A DNA stretch of 62,900 nt, the filler included, from Sphacelaria rigidula (Eukaryota), in the NCBI GenBank assembly GCA_964200075.2. It is 6 parts of 6 records of this genome, joined end to end, with 100 filler letters (N's around TTAATTAATTAA, not from the genome) between each part and the next. Parts side by side here need not be neighbours in the genome. Positions count along the whole stretch, not along the records: positions 21,003 to 31,402 come from CAXNAA020006565.1; positions 31,503 to 41,902 come from CAXNAA020006566.1; 4 more parts are not named here. The stretch is one strand, 5' to 3'. This document shows positions 24,601 to 34,223 of this stretch, piece after piece. Position 1 is the first letter of the stretch. Each line of letters begins with the position of its first letter. The translations under genes were made by a program, and so were the position numbers. The notes beneath the pieces are model-generated. The model worked only from the letters and a program-made list of their open reading frames with translations, was not told the DNA's origin and made no database searches.

Positions 24601-25210
24601 ATGGAGCTGAGTTATGCAGATTACACCTCTTCTGCCGAATCTACTGCTGCAAAGACATTGATCATTACTGCTGTAAAACTTCAAATGTAAAGAAAAAAGC
24701 CAGTTCAAGTTGAGTGCTGCTCATTTGTTTCCCAAAAAGTCGGCACGGGCCGCGAGCTCCTGCAAGCGAAGTTTCAAATATTTCGTGCACAATGGTGCCG
24801 AGTTATGCAGCTAGAGGTTTACACTTTAACCCCTGAATCTGCTGTAAAGACATATATCCACACTACGAAGCGAAATCGTCGCAAACAAATTTCCCCTTCG
24901 GATGTCTTACAGCGATAGGCCGCCCGCACCCTCATATATCATTGTTTTGGCCAGCCGATAATTTTCAGCCGAGCTGCAGCACAAACACCGCCGGGATGTA
25001 TTTTGGGGTAAAGGGGATGTTGTCTTCCGTGATGCTGACGCAGGCACACGATGTGAGCGTGCCAACCATGTTGAAACAGCATTTCTGAACAACTCCACAC
25101 AAACTCCCCCCGGCGCACACGAAGTCAGACACACAACAGGGGAGTGATAATCTGCGGTTTCTGCGAGCTGTGGCGACGCCGTCAAGCTTTTCTCGCAACG
25201 CGACTGCTGC
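21110..25210 (+). repeat. Mosaic of shuffled direct-repeat modules surrounding the Bro-N-like gene
   Basis: CACAAACTCCCCCCGGCGCACACGA.. at about 21405, 23255 and 25097. GGGATCTACAAAAACGGCG.. at about 21120, 21770 and 23610. GCACGGGCC..GAAGTTTCAAAT..GAGTTATGCAG at about 21290, 24552 and 24743. Near-identical block of about 236 bp at 23332 and 24046. CTGCTGTAAAGACATATATC..CTTACAGCGA at about 24348 and 24839. Confidence 0.85.
22278..23294 (+). CDS. Bro-N/KilA-like DNA-binding protein of large-DNA-virus type; 3' end chimeric or truncated
   Basis: Intronless 338-aa ORF with SIVDVIKML...INGKGHENPVGDAKTIVEIIWLLPARAAKEFRRQSAETICRVLGGDLSL, which I recognise as a Bro-N-like family found in giant viruses. 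A second partial domain (NGKGKETPVADAK) is cut at 23252. Confidence 0.65.
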   Translation: MNNITIDAATGDIVVKTLIKHIMPKLHDSSILKAVHRNLEGSLGPKMEKRLINGRLISIGSLELCYELLDKMKGPLWDAWRAESGQEFKQALCERVQQAHSSVQAQKPQPLQEHLDEQHDQIEQFEQVEQGRQAETKASVLQKAFRSINIHNSVRIDESCGEASIVDVIKMLCPGTNSNNAAFMLARVLKKDEDDKGPLDVVDAPCRSIPLAERVNYIKINGKGHENPVGDAKTIVEIIWLLPARAAKEFRRQSAETICRVLGGDLSLCDEMEQRCARLQVFGCDSSTANTSLRRHILAYPDLGSRCTELHVNGKGKETPVADAKSTQTPPAHTRPVT

Positions 25211-25730
25211 CGTATGTGCACGGGTTGGCCTGCAGAGAAGAGAGAGAGAGAGAGAGAGAGAAAGAAGAGAGAGAGAGAGAAAGACAGAGAAGCAGATGGT
25301 AGAGGAGGAAAGGGGAACACACGCACACACCTGAATTCTAAGGCTCCTGTAGACGCCGTGGAGCACTCCTGATACTGCTTCACTCCCTTTGTCCCAATGG
25401 TATAGCTGTGTGTTAGCGTACGCGTGCGTGGATGCGTCGTCGGCGACGGGACTGTCGGAAAAAACACGCCCACGGTGATGAAACCCAGTGAGATGGCTTT
25501 ATAATATCAAAATCCTCGCGTGAAGTAAAGGTTCGTGGCGTCAGGTTAGATGTCGTGAAGCACTATGTGTGCGCTCGAGTTCGAAACTCGACGTCTTCAA
25601 CTTTTTCTGTTCGACTTTTTTTTCACGACCAACGTGACCTGAATTTTGACGTACATACTTGTATTCAAAAATGGTACAACGATACAGGCAAAATACCTTT
25701 TTTTTTGTTTACATGATATTATCACGAACG

Positions 25731-26638
25731 ATGGCGAAGACGAGAAACTGTCAGTCACAGAGCAGACGGTGTTACACCAGAAAAGACGGCAAAAAATGTC
25801 TCACACCCAATCTGTGGATCATCTTTCTGCGCACGCACAAAAACGATTTCAAGTCCGTTGCCGCCGCATCCGATCACTACAAGAAAAAGTTCAGACCGTT
25901 TTTGCAGGCACGGATCAAGAAAGAAATGGTGAACAAACCCAAAAAGGACGAAAAACTTGTCTATCGAAAAGTCTTGTGCACATTCTTTTACAACGAAATG
26001 AAAAAGAAGGGTGTGAAAATGCCTGCTAATAAAAAAAAAATCACAGCAGCGTGTCCAAAGTCATCAAGACCAAGTCACCCCCGAAAGTGCTCACCATGAT
26101 CGGTGCCACCAAGGCGGCCAACGCCATGAAAGCCAACCAGAAGGCCGAAGAAAAAGCTGCCGCCGAACTTATTAAGCAGGACAAAATCGCGTCTCAGAAA
26201 AAACGCGACGCTGTCTTCCTTTTAAGGCAGTTTGCCAGGGCAGCTGTGAAGGTGAAGAAGCTCAAACGGAAAGCCGGAGCATCAGCGAAAAAGGCGAACG
26301 CAGCAAAGAAGTCGGCGTCTGCCTCTCAAAAGTCGAATTCGTCTTCTCAGAAAACAGAGTCGGCTCTTAAACGCAAAAGAACGGCTGTGGATACAGCCTC
26401 AGAGAAGTCGAAGAGAGCTTCCAAAGCGAAGGGTGATGCTAACGCATTGGCGACAAGTGCCACAAAAGCCGTGAAAACAGCAGAAGCTGCGGAAAAGAAG
26501 AAGGCGGCGGCTTTGAAAAAACTAGAAACTGTCGGTAATTTTTCATCAAATGTACAGCGGAAAAGGAAGGCCAGCAATGGTCTGTCCTCCCCGCGGTTGG
26601 AAAAAAGGCTTAGGTTACCCCTAGTAAGGTACACGTGA
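25731..26638 (+). CDS. Basic protein with an HMG-like N-terminus and a Lys/Ala-rich histone-H1-like tail; frameshift in an A10 run at 26031-26040
   Basis: ORF from ATG 25731 (PNLWIIFLRTHK...HYKKKF). Adding one A, or a -1 shift, fuses it to the AAKK-rich ORF ending at 26638, giving about 302 aa. Confidence 0.55.
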
Positions 26639-26801
26639 GCACCGACTAATTGCGCAAATCCACACAGTCGTCTCCAATGCGAACGGATTATGACAGAATA
26701 TCAAACAATAGATGGTATTTTGACTTGCCATCTTCTCAAACCACGAAATAAAACTCCTCACATCCCTTGGATCCTTCGTTCTCCACGTAGTTGGCGCGTT
26801 A

Positions 26802-27665
26802 TTACGAAACTTCCGCCCCACTGTACTCTGTCTTGGACCCGTCCTTAAACACGACTTGAAAAACTTCGACGCACGCGTCGCCGACAGTCGTTTTGTACTT
26901 TTGCCAGATTTTACTGCACACAAACACCCGGTCAAGATAATTTGGATCCTCCTTGGCCAACATCATTCCACCTGGCCTTTCGAGACAAGCGGCTACATCA
27001 CCTTTTCTGTGACAAGATACGCCAGTTTCTACTCCGTTGTCAAAAGAATATGGCATTTCATCCGAGCATGGGGACGAGCGCGTAGACTGTGGAACGTAGT
27101 CCGAATCAGACACACCAGACCCTTCTCCGTCGATGCTGCCTATGATAGACCCCATGTTGCCGTCGGAATGAATCATGTTGCCATCGCTAGAGAACACGTC
27201 GTCATTTTCCGTACCGTCATCGCTGAGCACTGAAGAAGTCGAGTCGACTGTTGAGTGCCTGGTGACACGAGACCCCCCTGCTCCACGCGAGGGAGGTTTG
27301 TTGCTCGCACCCCTTTCACTGGGCGCTCCTCTTTCACGAGCCGCCGCGTCCCCCGATCCTGCTTCCTCGAGCGAAAGAGGGTTGTGGGGCGCACATCCTT
27401 CACCAGCCGCCGATTCTCGCGATCCTGCTGCAGCAAGCGACGGGTGGTTGTTGCCCGCACCTCGCAGCCGCGACGCAACGGGCCCTGATCCACCAGACAA
27501 GGGGGTAATACCACCAGTCTGCGCCTGTACCGGGGCGTCCGGTGTCATGCCGAAGGCCTCTGGCACATCGATACCCCCCAGTGATTGAGAGCCAGCCCCA
27601 CACGACATTCCATCGATGCTACTTCCCAGAAGCATGTCGTGAAGAGACTGCATATCCTCGCTCAT
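26802..27665 (-). CDS. Hypothetical intronless protein: Ser/Gly/Asp-rich linker plus a globular C-terminus that probably continued past a premature stop
   Basis: Long ORF from MSEDMQ. The C-terminal VFQVVFKDGSKTEY is followed, after the TAA, by the similar FYFVV*EDGKSKY. Confidence 0.5.
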   Translation of the reverse strand: MSEDMQSLHDMLLGSSIDGMSCGAGSQSLGGIDVPEAFGMTPDAPVQAQTGGITPLSGGSGPVASRLRGAGNNHPSLAAAGSRESAAGEGCAPHNPLSLEEAGSGDAAARERGAPSERGASNKPPSRGAGGSRVTRHSTVDSTSSVLSDDGTENDDVFSSDGNMIHSDGNMGSIIGSIDGEGSGVSDSDYVPQSTRSSPCSDEMPYSFDNGVETGVSCHRKGDVAACLERPGGMMLAKEDPNYLDRVFVCSKIWQKYKTTVGDACVEVFQVVFKDGSKTEYSGAEVS

Positions 27666-28180
27666 CTTGATCCTGAATTTTTTAGATGGATGTTGTCGAG
27701 AGCGGATAGGCGGGCGCACGAAAGAACATATAAAAAATATTGTTTCTTCGGAATAATGACGGCATCTTGCAATACGAGCATGACTTCTCGGGATGCCTTG
27801 GTGGCGCTACCCCATTTTGGCAAATGTGCGTCAGGCGTGTGATGGAGCAAACACCACAGCAACATATTTCATACATACCTGGCCCCTTTGCCCTTTCCGC
27901 AAATTGTGATGATGTGTAGGCTGCAGGTTTACAAACAACACGCGACGTGCCCAATGTCACCCGTCAAAAGCAATGAATTAGTGAAATCGATAACGGGTCG
28001 AAAAAAAGAAAAAATACCGCGTGTTTCTGCACAACCTGGATCCTGGTGGTATGCTGCATTCAGCAAAAAGAATCGACCATGCACACCACACATCACGCAT
28101 CGAACACAGCACAGAGGATTCGCACCGCCCGTTGTAACCATCCTACCCATCGTTTGCAGATCCGCCCTTCCTGCCCGATC

Positions 28181-28904
28181 ATGGACCCAGTGCGTGATAT
28201 CGAGAGCGCTTCATGGGAGAGAGGCACCGCCGTGGCTGCGTCGCCAGCACATGTTCGACAAACGATCGAGAAGATCGTATCATTGCTCTCGCACGCGCTT
28301 GTTCTCTCTCTCAAGTTGCTGACAGCCACTGTGATTGCCGGAGATACTCCCAACCTGGAGCTCGAGGAACAACGAGCGGCGATGCAGATCGAGCATCGAG
28401 TCGAGTTCGTTCCCGCTTCCGAAAATCCTACTGTGGTTGAGCACGGACGCGCACCAGTCACCGACGGCAACAGGTTTGTGGATCTTTGACGCGCATCCCC
28501 ACACAATGGTAGATCGACTTGGTCGCATACGCATTTTATAGCCTTCCTCTCTAAAATGAAGATTGATCCCAAGACCCATGTTGTGGCTGCGCAGCCTCAT
28601 GCGAGGCGCTTCTTCTTCTTCTTCTGATGAAGGCGCTTTTTCTTCTTCTGATGAGTAACTCCTGTCGCTTTACAATGCTTGTTGTAGTACTCAGCTGTGT
28701 ATTCGCCCCCGCAATCGGAGCGTAGCCGCTCCAGCCGAAAACCATTGGGGATGACCACGTCTTCAGTGAAGCGCACATGATCTATACTACTTGACTGTAA
28801 TCTGAGCAAGGCTCACGATCAAGTACAAGTCCCAGAAGCGGCACTTAGACAACATCGACATCATCACGACTCGTTCTCCAGACATGATCTCTGGATCAGC
28901 TTGA
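28181..28904 (+). pseudogene. Hypothetical gene broken by a TGA (28487) and a 198-bp insertion
   Basis: The frame continues past the TGA to ...QPHAR. After removing the insert and one target copy it reads LTIKYKSQKRHLDNIDIIT...GSA-stop. Confidence 0.5.
28608..28805 (-). mobile_element. Ty1/Copia integrase fragment with a (GAA)-rich tail
   Basis: RFTEDVVIPNGFRLERLRSDCGGEYT..CKATGV is an rve core motif. Flanked by GCGAGGC/GCAAGGC. Confidence 0.75.
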
Positions 28905-29721
28905 ATCAAGTAGATTGAAACATTCAATTGTTTTTTCGCTTTCCACTTCCTTCATCCTTTGGCCCTCCCCCAACAGCAGGGACGCCGCTACGATTACTCA
29001 TGAGAGAGGACAAGTGGTGTGGAGCGGATACACAGGACTAGCAGACGAAGAATGATTGACACGCGGAGACACCGACATGAGATGCAGAGAGAGACAGAGA
29101 GAGACAGAGGAAGAGAGAGAAGCAATTCGATGAGATTGCGCATGTTGGGAGGAAATTTCACATTGGCTTGTGCTTCGGAAGCTCTTGTGCTCTGAGAAGT
29201 ATACGTGGTTGTCGTTTTTTCGCATTCGGCAAGAAGTGCGAATGGTAGATCTTGAACTGATTTTATTTGATTTACCTTGATACAAAAAGAATTGTGCAAT
29301 CTTCGCAGTGCGTTACAGTAGCAGTTGCACCACGCGCCGCAGCCTCTTTTTCAAGTCATGTTGATCTCGGCATTGTTTATCCTCTATCTGTCCGCGACCA
29401 CTGTACTCACGTCATCTCGATGGCACGTCCTGTCGAATAGAATATGCGAATATACGACCAGCTACAGCTGTCAGGGGACTGTCAAGTGACAAATGGTTGA
29501 GGAGATGGTGTAATTTGCGGCTAGACCACGAGTTTGTGAGTCATCAAGCGCAAAACGCATATCGTGGCATATTGCTGTGTTGGTCGACAGGTCGCAGTAT
29601 TTGCCACTCATGGTAGAAGTGGAGGGCACTGAGTGTCACAAGGTTTTATTCATGAGGAATGTGTTACACAAGAGTACGTGTGACGCGTTCGTGTAATTGG
29701 AAATTAAAAAAATGAAAACGT

Positions 29722-30021
29722 ATGTCTGTACGTAAGGAGATACAGATATATATGATATTGTCAGTGAACGGGGTGCTTCACGTACTTTCTGCGTACGTCA
29801 ACTTGATCACCCTTGCATCGCTACTTCACCTCTCAACCGAAACTACTCAGCGCTATGCGAAATTTCCGGCTGTGAAGGCCGCCATGCTTTTTTCATTCGC
29901 ATTTTCGGTGATTCCCGAGAAAATGCCCTGCCTCGTTGCAACTCTCTTGTTCTTCATGTTCGAAGTCCGCAACTTTGTGAGCGGTGCAACCGAGGATACC
30001 AAATCGTCGGATGATGTGTAA
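29722..30021 (+). CDS. Small hydrophobic protein, virus-like
   Basis: Intronless 99-aa ORF, A-rich upstream sequence, hydrophobic helices (KAAMLFSFAFSVI..CLVATLLFFMFE). Confidence 0.55.
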   Translation: MSVRKEIQIYMILSVNGVLHVLSAYVNLITLASLLHLSTETTQRYAKFPAVKAAMLFSFAFSVIPEKMPCLVATLLFFMFEVRNFVSGATEDTKSSDDV

Positions 30022-30057
30022 TATTATGTTGCACTGTCAACATATCCCCCAAGTCAT

Positions 30058-30393
30058 ATGGAAACTACAATTTTTTTCGAACTAGAGGACTTCTTGCCAC
30101 AATACGTCTCGTCCATCCCGAGCTACGCACACGCGTCAATCGCGCTCGTCCTTGCTGGTCTCATGACATATTACCTTGGTGCAGAGTACTTCGTGGCCGA
30201 TTTTAATCGAGACGAGCAGGTGTTCGAAACGGAAGTGCGCGCAAGAAAATACGTACTGGTGGCTGCATCTATACTCGTCTCTCTTTTCGTCGCCGACGCT
30301 GTTTTCACCCTCTCCTTTCGTCTAAGGGGCTTCAAAGCAAACAAAAATCATTTCGTATGGAGGCGCTGGTTCCCGAAGCTTTACGCAACCTGA
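30058..30393 (+). CDS. Small two-TM membrane protein, virus-like
   Basis: Intronless 111-aa ORF 36 bp after the previous gene, with two hydrophobic segments and a basic C-terminus. Confidence 0.6.
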   Translation: METTIFFELEDFLPQYVSSIPSYAHASIALVLAGLMTYYLGAEYFVADFNRDEQVFETEVRARKYVLVAASILVSLFVADAVFTLSFRLRGFKANKNHFVWRRWFPKLYAT

Positions 30394-30462
30394 AGCATCG
30401 TAGTGTTACAGGAGGATTGACAGCTGGGCTGTCAACCTTTCTGGCTAGGGTTCATCCGTATA

Positions 30463-30679
30463 TCGTATACGACACAAGATAGCACACCCCCTGGGCCGAT
30501 TTTCAAAGCTTCGTTACTCCGCAACGAGTCCGATTCCAGCACCATACGACACGTTTTCTGAAAGCTCTCGGGAAGATTTTTCCAACGCCACCCTTTTCTT
30601 GACTGGCGTGCTTTTTGCTGTTGAGTAACTGAGGTTCGACAATCCGTCCAGGGGGTGTGTTATCTTGTGTCGTACACGG
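30463..30679. mobile_element. Tc1/mariner-type MITE with TA TSD
   Basis: About 30-bp TIRs CGTATACGACACAAGATAGCACACCCCCTGG / CCAGGGGGTGTGTTATCTTGTGTCGTACACG. The empty site (TA-GTCAGGGCATTC) is present in the duplicate block at about 30945-31080. Confidence 0.85.
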
Positions 30680-31326
30680 TAGTCAGGGCATTCTGCGTGC
30701 AGACCGTCTCACCTGCAGCTCTCAACTGCTGTACAGCTTCTCTTCCGACAACTGTTCTGCTCTCGACTTCTCTCACTCAAGGCTCTCGGGTAACGCACCG
30801 GGGAGCCTTCGATCTCAGATGCACGTCTCAGTGTTCTTCTATGACAATCTCTCTCTATGGTGGCGCAAGAATCTCGGCAGGGACGTGATCATTACGCAAC
30901 GCGAATCTTGCAGCGTAAAAAAAATCACTAGGGAGCTACGTTATTACAGGAGGATTGACAGTTGGCTCAGTATTGGGCTGTCAACCTTTGTGGCTAGGAT
31001 TCATTTGCTAGTCAGGGCATTCTGCTTGCAGACCGTCTCACCTGCAGCTCTCGACTGCTGTACAGCTTCTCTTCCGACAGCTGATCGCTTCAGGCATATA
31101 AGTCTTTCAATCTCGTGGGCCGCTTCGTGAGCGACCGGGTGCTGAAGCGTGGATGCCAGCGGAAGGGGATTCCGTGACTGAATTCGAGAGTCCCGTAAGG
31201 GACCCCTATAGCCTTCAACTCACGGCCGCGAAACCGCTCGTCGTATCATCGTGTTTATCCGAACACAGAAGCTGCCGTGTGACAATCGCCCCTCTCTCTA
31301 AGCCAAATGCCACGCAACCAGTTGAG

Positions 31327-31328
<2 letters not shown>

Positions 31329-31400
<72 letters not shown>

Positions 31401-31402
31401 TC
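31329..31402. repeat. (CT)n microsatellite at the contig end
   Basis: About 35 CT units. Confidence 0.95.
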
Positions 31403-31502
31403 NNNNNNNNNNNNNNNNNNNNNNNNNNNNNNNNNNNNNNNNNNNNTTAATTAATTAANNNNNNNNNNNNNNNNNNNNNNNNNNNNNNNNNNNNNNNNNN
31501 NN
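31403..31502. other. Artificial contig spacer
   Basis: N44-TTAATTAATTAA-N44. Confidence 0.99.
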
Positions 31503-32009
31503 GGGGGGGGGGGGGGGGGGGGGGTGGGGGGTGATGGATAACGGTACTTTCTGTATTGTCGAAAAGTTCAGTACAGTCAGTGAAGTACAGTGCACGACAA
31601 CGCTTACCGCCACGAGAGGCTCGTCAATCGACGGATATTTTCGCAACAGCTCTTCGACGGAGATCGTCGTTGGTGACAAACAAGCGCCCATGATAATGAA
31701 GGAGTCTTCATGTTCCAAGCCTCGATAATCGATCGCGAAAAAGTCGGGAGGGGGGAACACTCTGGTCTTGATGTACCTTATTAATTAACCTTCTCACGCC
31801 AAACAGTGGGTTTTATAAATGGCGATTTTGCCCTTCTTCCCTCCATGGCCATTTGGGGTCATGGTCGCCTTTCAGAACAGTATCGCCTGCTTACTTCGAG
31901 GGGGCACTCACCCGTTTACGCCATGGCTGACCCACTGCTCTCTCATCGTATGCATCCTCCCCCCCCCTCCCCCCCGGCACCCCCCGGTGACAAAATGCTA
32001 GATATTTGG

Positions 32010-33770
32010 GGCGTTCCAGCCCTTTAATATGTAATATATAAATCAACTACAGCCGTTGTTCATGATGAGCTCCTATTGGTTCTCTTCAGGTAGGTCAACA
32101 TGGCCGGTCGGTGACCCTTATAGTCTGATCTACTACCCCTGGGTGTGGAAGAAGTAGTCTCGGGAGCTACTGACTAGGTCGTGCTTATTTGGTATGTTGA
32201 GGAAAAGAGGGAGAGTACAAACAATCGGTACGAATAAGTGGGTGTGCCGAGCGTGATCACTTCTGTACGTGACGGAAACAAGAATTCCTCACGTGGGTTT
32301 ACTCAACTGCTACATTACTATATACACAACTGACTGTTGTACTGCTGAGTTACAAGTGGATTCAAACTACAACTTTCTCAAAACATGACAAGGACGTGGA
32401 TCAGCAGCTGTCGCCAACCCCGAGTTTCAGAGGATATGAGGCCCTTTCTTATGGTGAACTATGATGGATTTTTATCGAAAACTCCCTCGTTGAACCTTTC
32501 GTGTCGTTTGGAGGCGTCATGAAAGGCTGGGCGAATTTCGACATCTTGGAATGCCTTGCTACACTTGTTGGGACGGGTCCAGCACATATTTGCGTTCTCC
32601 GGTGGCCACGGTTTTCTTTCTTGGCCAAAGTTGCATTTTTGTCGGAGACCGGTTATTCGTCTCGGAGGCCAGTCTATCGCAGAAAAACTTTGGAAGTGTG
32701 GAAGTTTGGAAGTTGAAGTTTTTTCAGGACTTGCAAGTCAAAGATTAAAAAAGATGCGCAACCTGGAGTTCACCCCAGGAATCTCAACGTGGATTTCAAG
32801 TAGTTACTGCTCCCTCTTCGTATGCAACCCCAACCCCCCCTCCCCCCCCCCCCCCCCACCTCCCAACCATAACGCCCCCCCCCCCCCCCCACTGATTGAA
32901 TTATCTTTTTCAAAATACCTAATTTTTTTTNNNNNNNNNNTATGCAACCCCAACCCCCCCTCCCCCGATGATGACATACTACATAACATGGACGTCCCAG
33001 CCCTTGAACATTTGATGTAATATTCATCATCAAGACCGTTATTCTTGATTAACTCCTTTTGGTTCCCTTCAGGTCCGTATGGCGGGCTTGTGAGTCCAAT
33101 CGTCTAGTAGACTGACAAGCCTAATGATTTAGTGGACGGTCTCGTTGTGGCTTATTCGTCATGTTGAGAGAGTACAGTCGGTACGAATGAGTGGGTGTGC
33201 CGGGCGTGATTACTTCTGTATGTGCCCCGACAGAAGGGAGGAAAGAGAGAACAATTATTTGTCGCGTGGGTTTCCTCGACTGCGACATGTACACCTGTTG
33301 TACTGCTGAGTTTCACGCGGATTCAAACCATACGCTTTTCAAACATGAATGCAGGTCAACAGCTGTTACCAACCCTGAGTTTTCCAGGGGGATAAGGCCG
33401 CTTCTCACGGCAAACCAAAATAAATATCTGGAAAAAAACGCCTCTTGAAACCCTTCCCGCTTGAAACCCCTCCTGCGTCGTTGTTCAGCTGTGGAGGCCG
33501 TACAAGGTTACTAGTAGGCGGATTTCGACATCTTGAAATAAATGCCTTGCCATACCCGTTGAGACATTTCCACAACAGATTATCGTTTTTCGGTGGCCGC
33601 AGTTTTATTTCGCTGGCCAAAGTTGCATTATTGTCGGAGACCGATCATTTGTCTCGGAGGCCGATCAAGTCCAGAGAAACTTCGAAAGTCTGGAAGTTCA
33701 AGTTGTTTTCCCTGAACTTGGAAGTTAAAGGTCGAGCAGATGCGCAGGCGGGGGTTCACCCCAGGAATCG
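32010..33770. repeat. Diverged direct duplication of about 780 bp (32010-32785 and 32990-33770) around a 10-N scaffold gap
   Basis: Collinear shared motifs: CCAGCCCTT, TGGTTC.CTTCAGGT, GTGGGTGTGCCG.GCGTGAT, TGTCGGAGACCG, TTCACCCCAGGAATC. Confidence 0.75.
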
Positions 33771-34223
33771 AGAACAAGAGGGTGAGATCACATACTTGAA
33801 CAACTCTGCTGAACCTGTTCCGAAACGCGTCTCAAGCCGCCTCCCGCCTTCCCCGCTCCTCCTTCAATGAACGGGGTAAGGGTCAGGTATAAGAGCAGTG
33901 ACACGATTGAGGGTCATGATCCAAATCAGTCGTGTGGGAGGGTTTGATAACATCACGGTAGAGTTTTTGCGATAATATATCGTGTACCCCCCTTTTAGGA
34001 GAGCGAACTGTTCATCATCCCTTTCACAATCCATCATGCCGGAACTCGAACCGCATGGGTAAACTGTTCGCTTCCTGAACACGCCTATGCCCTCGCTCTT
34101 TTCCGGCTTTGTAGGGATGCGAGAATAATGGCCGTATAATTGTGGCATGCAAGATCGTGAGTATCTCCCCCCGTCGCGCGCGCATCCATCATCCCTGACG
34201 ATGGAACGTAACACTGAACCCAG

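Noticed and set aside
28620-28670. Hammerhead ribozyme suggested by two CTGATGA motifs
   Set aside because: No GAAA after a stem II and no flanking helices. A short local duplication explains it.
28604-28812. GC-AG intron formed by the AGGC duplication around the Copia fragment
   Set aside because: The donor context GCGCTT is far from the strong consensus that GC donors need, and the host ORF already has an upstream stop.
32821-32970. Direct repeat TATGCAACCCCAACCCCCC around the 10-N gap
   Set aside because: Probably a scaffolding overlap at poly-C tracts and not verifiable as a real duplication.
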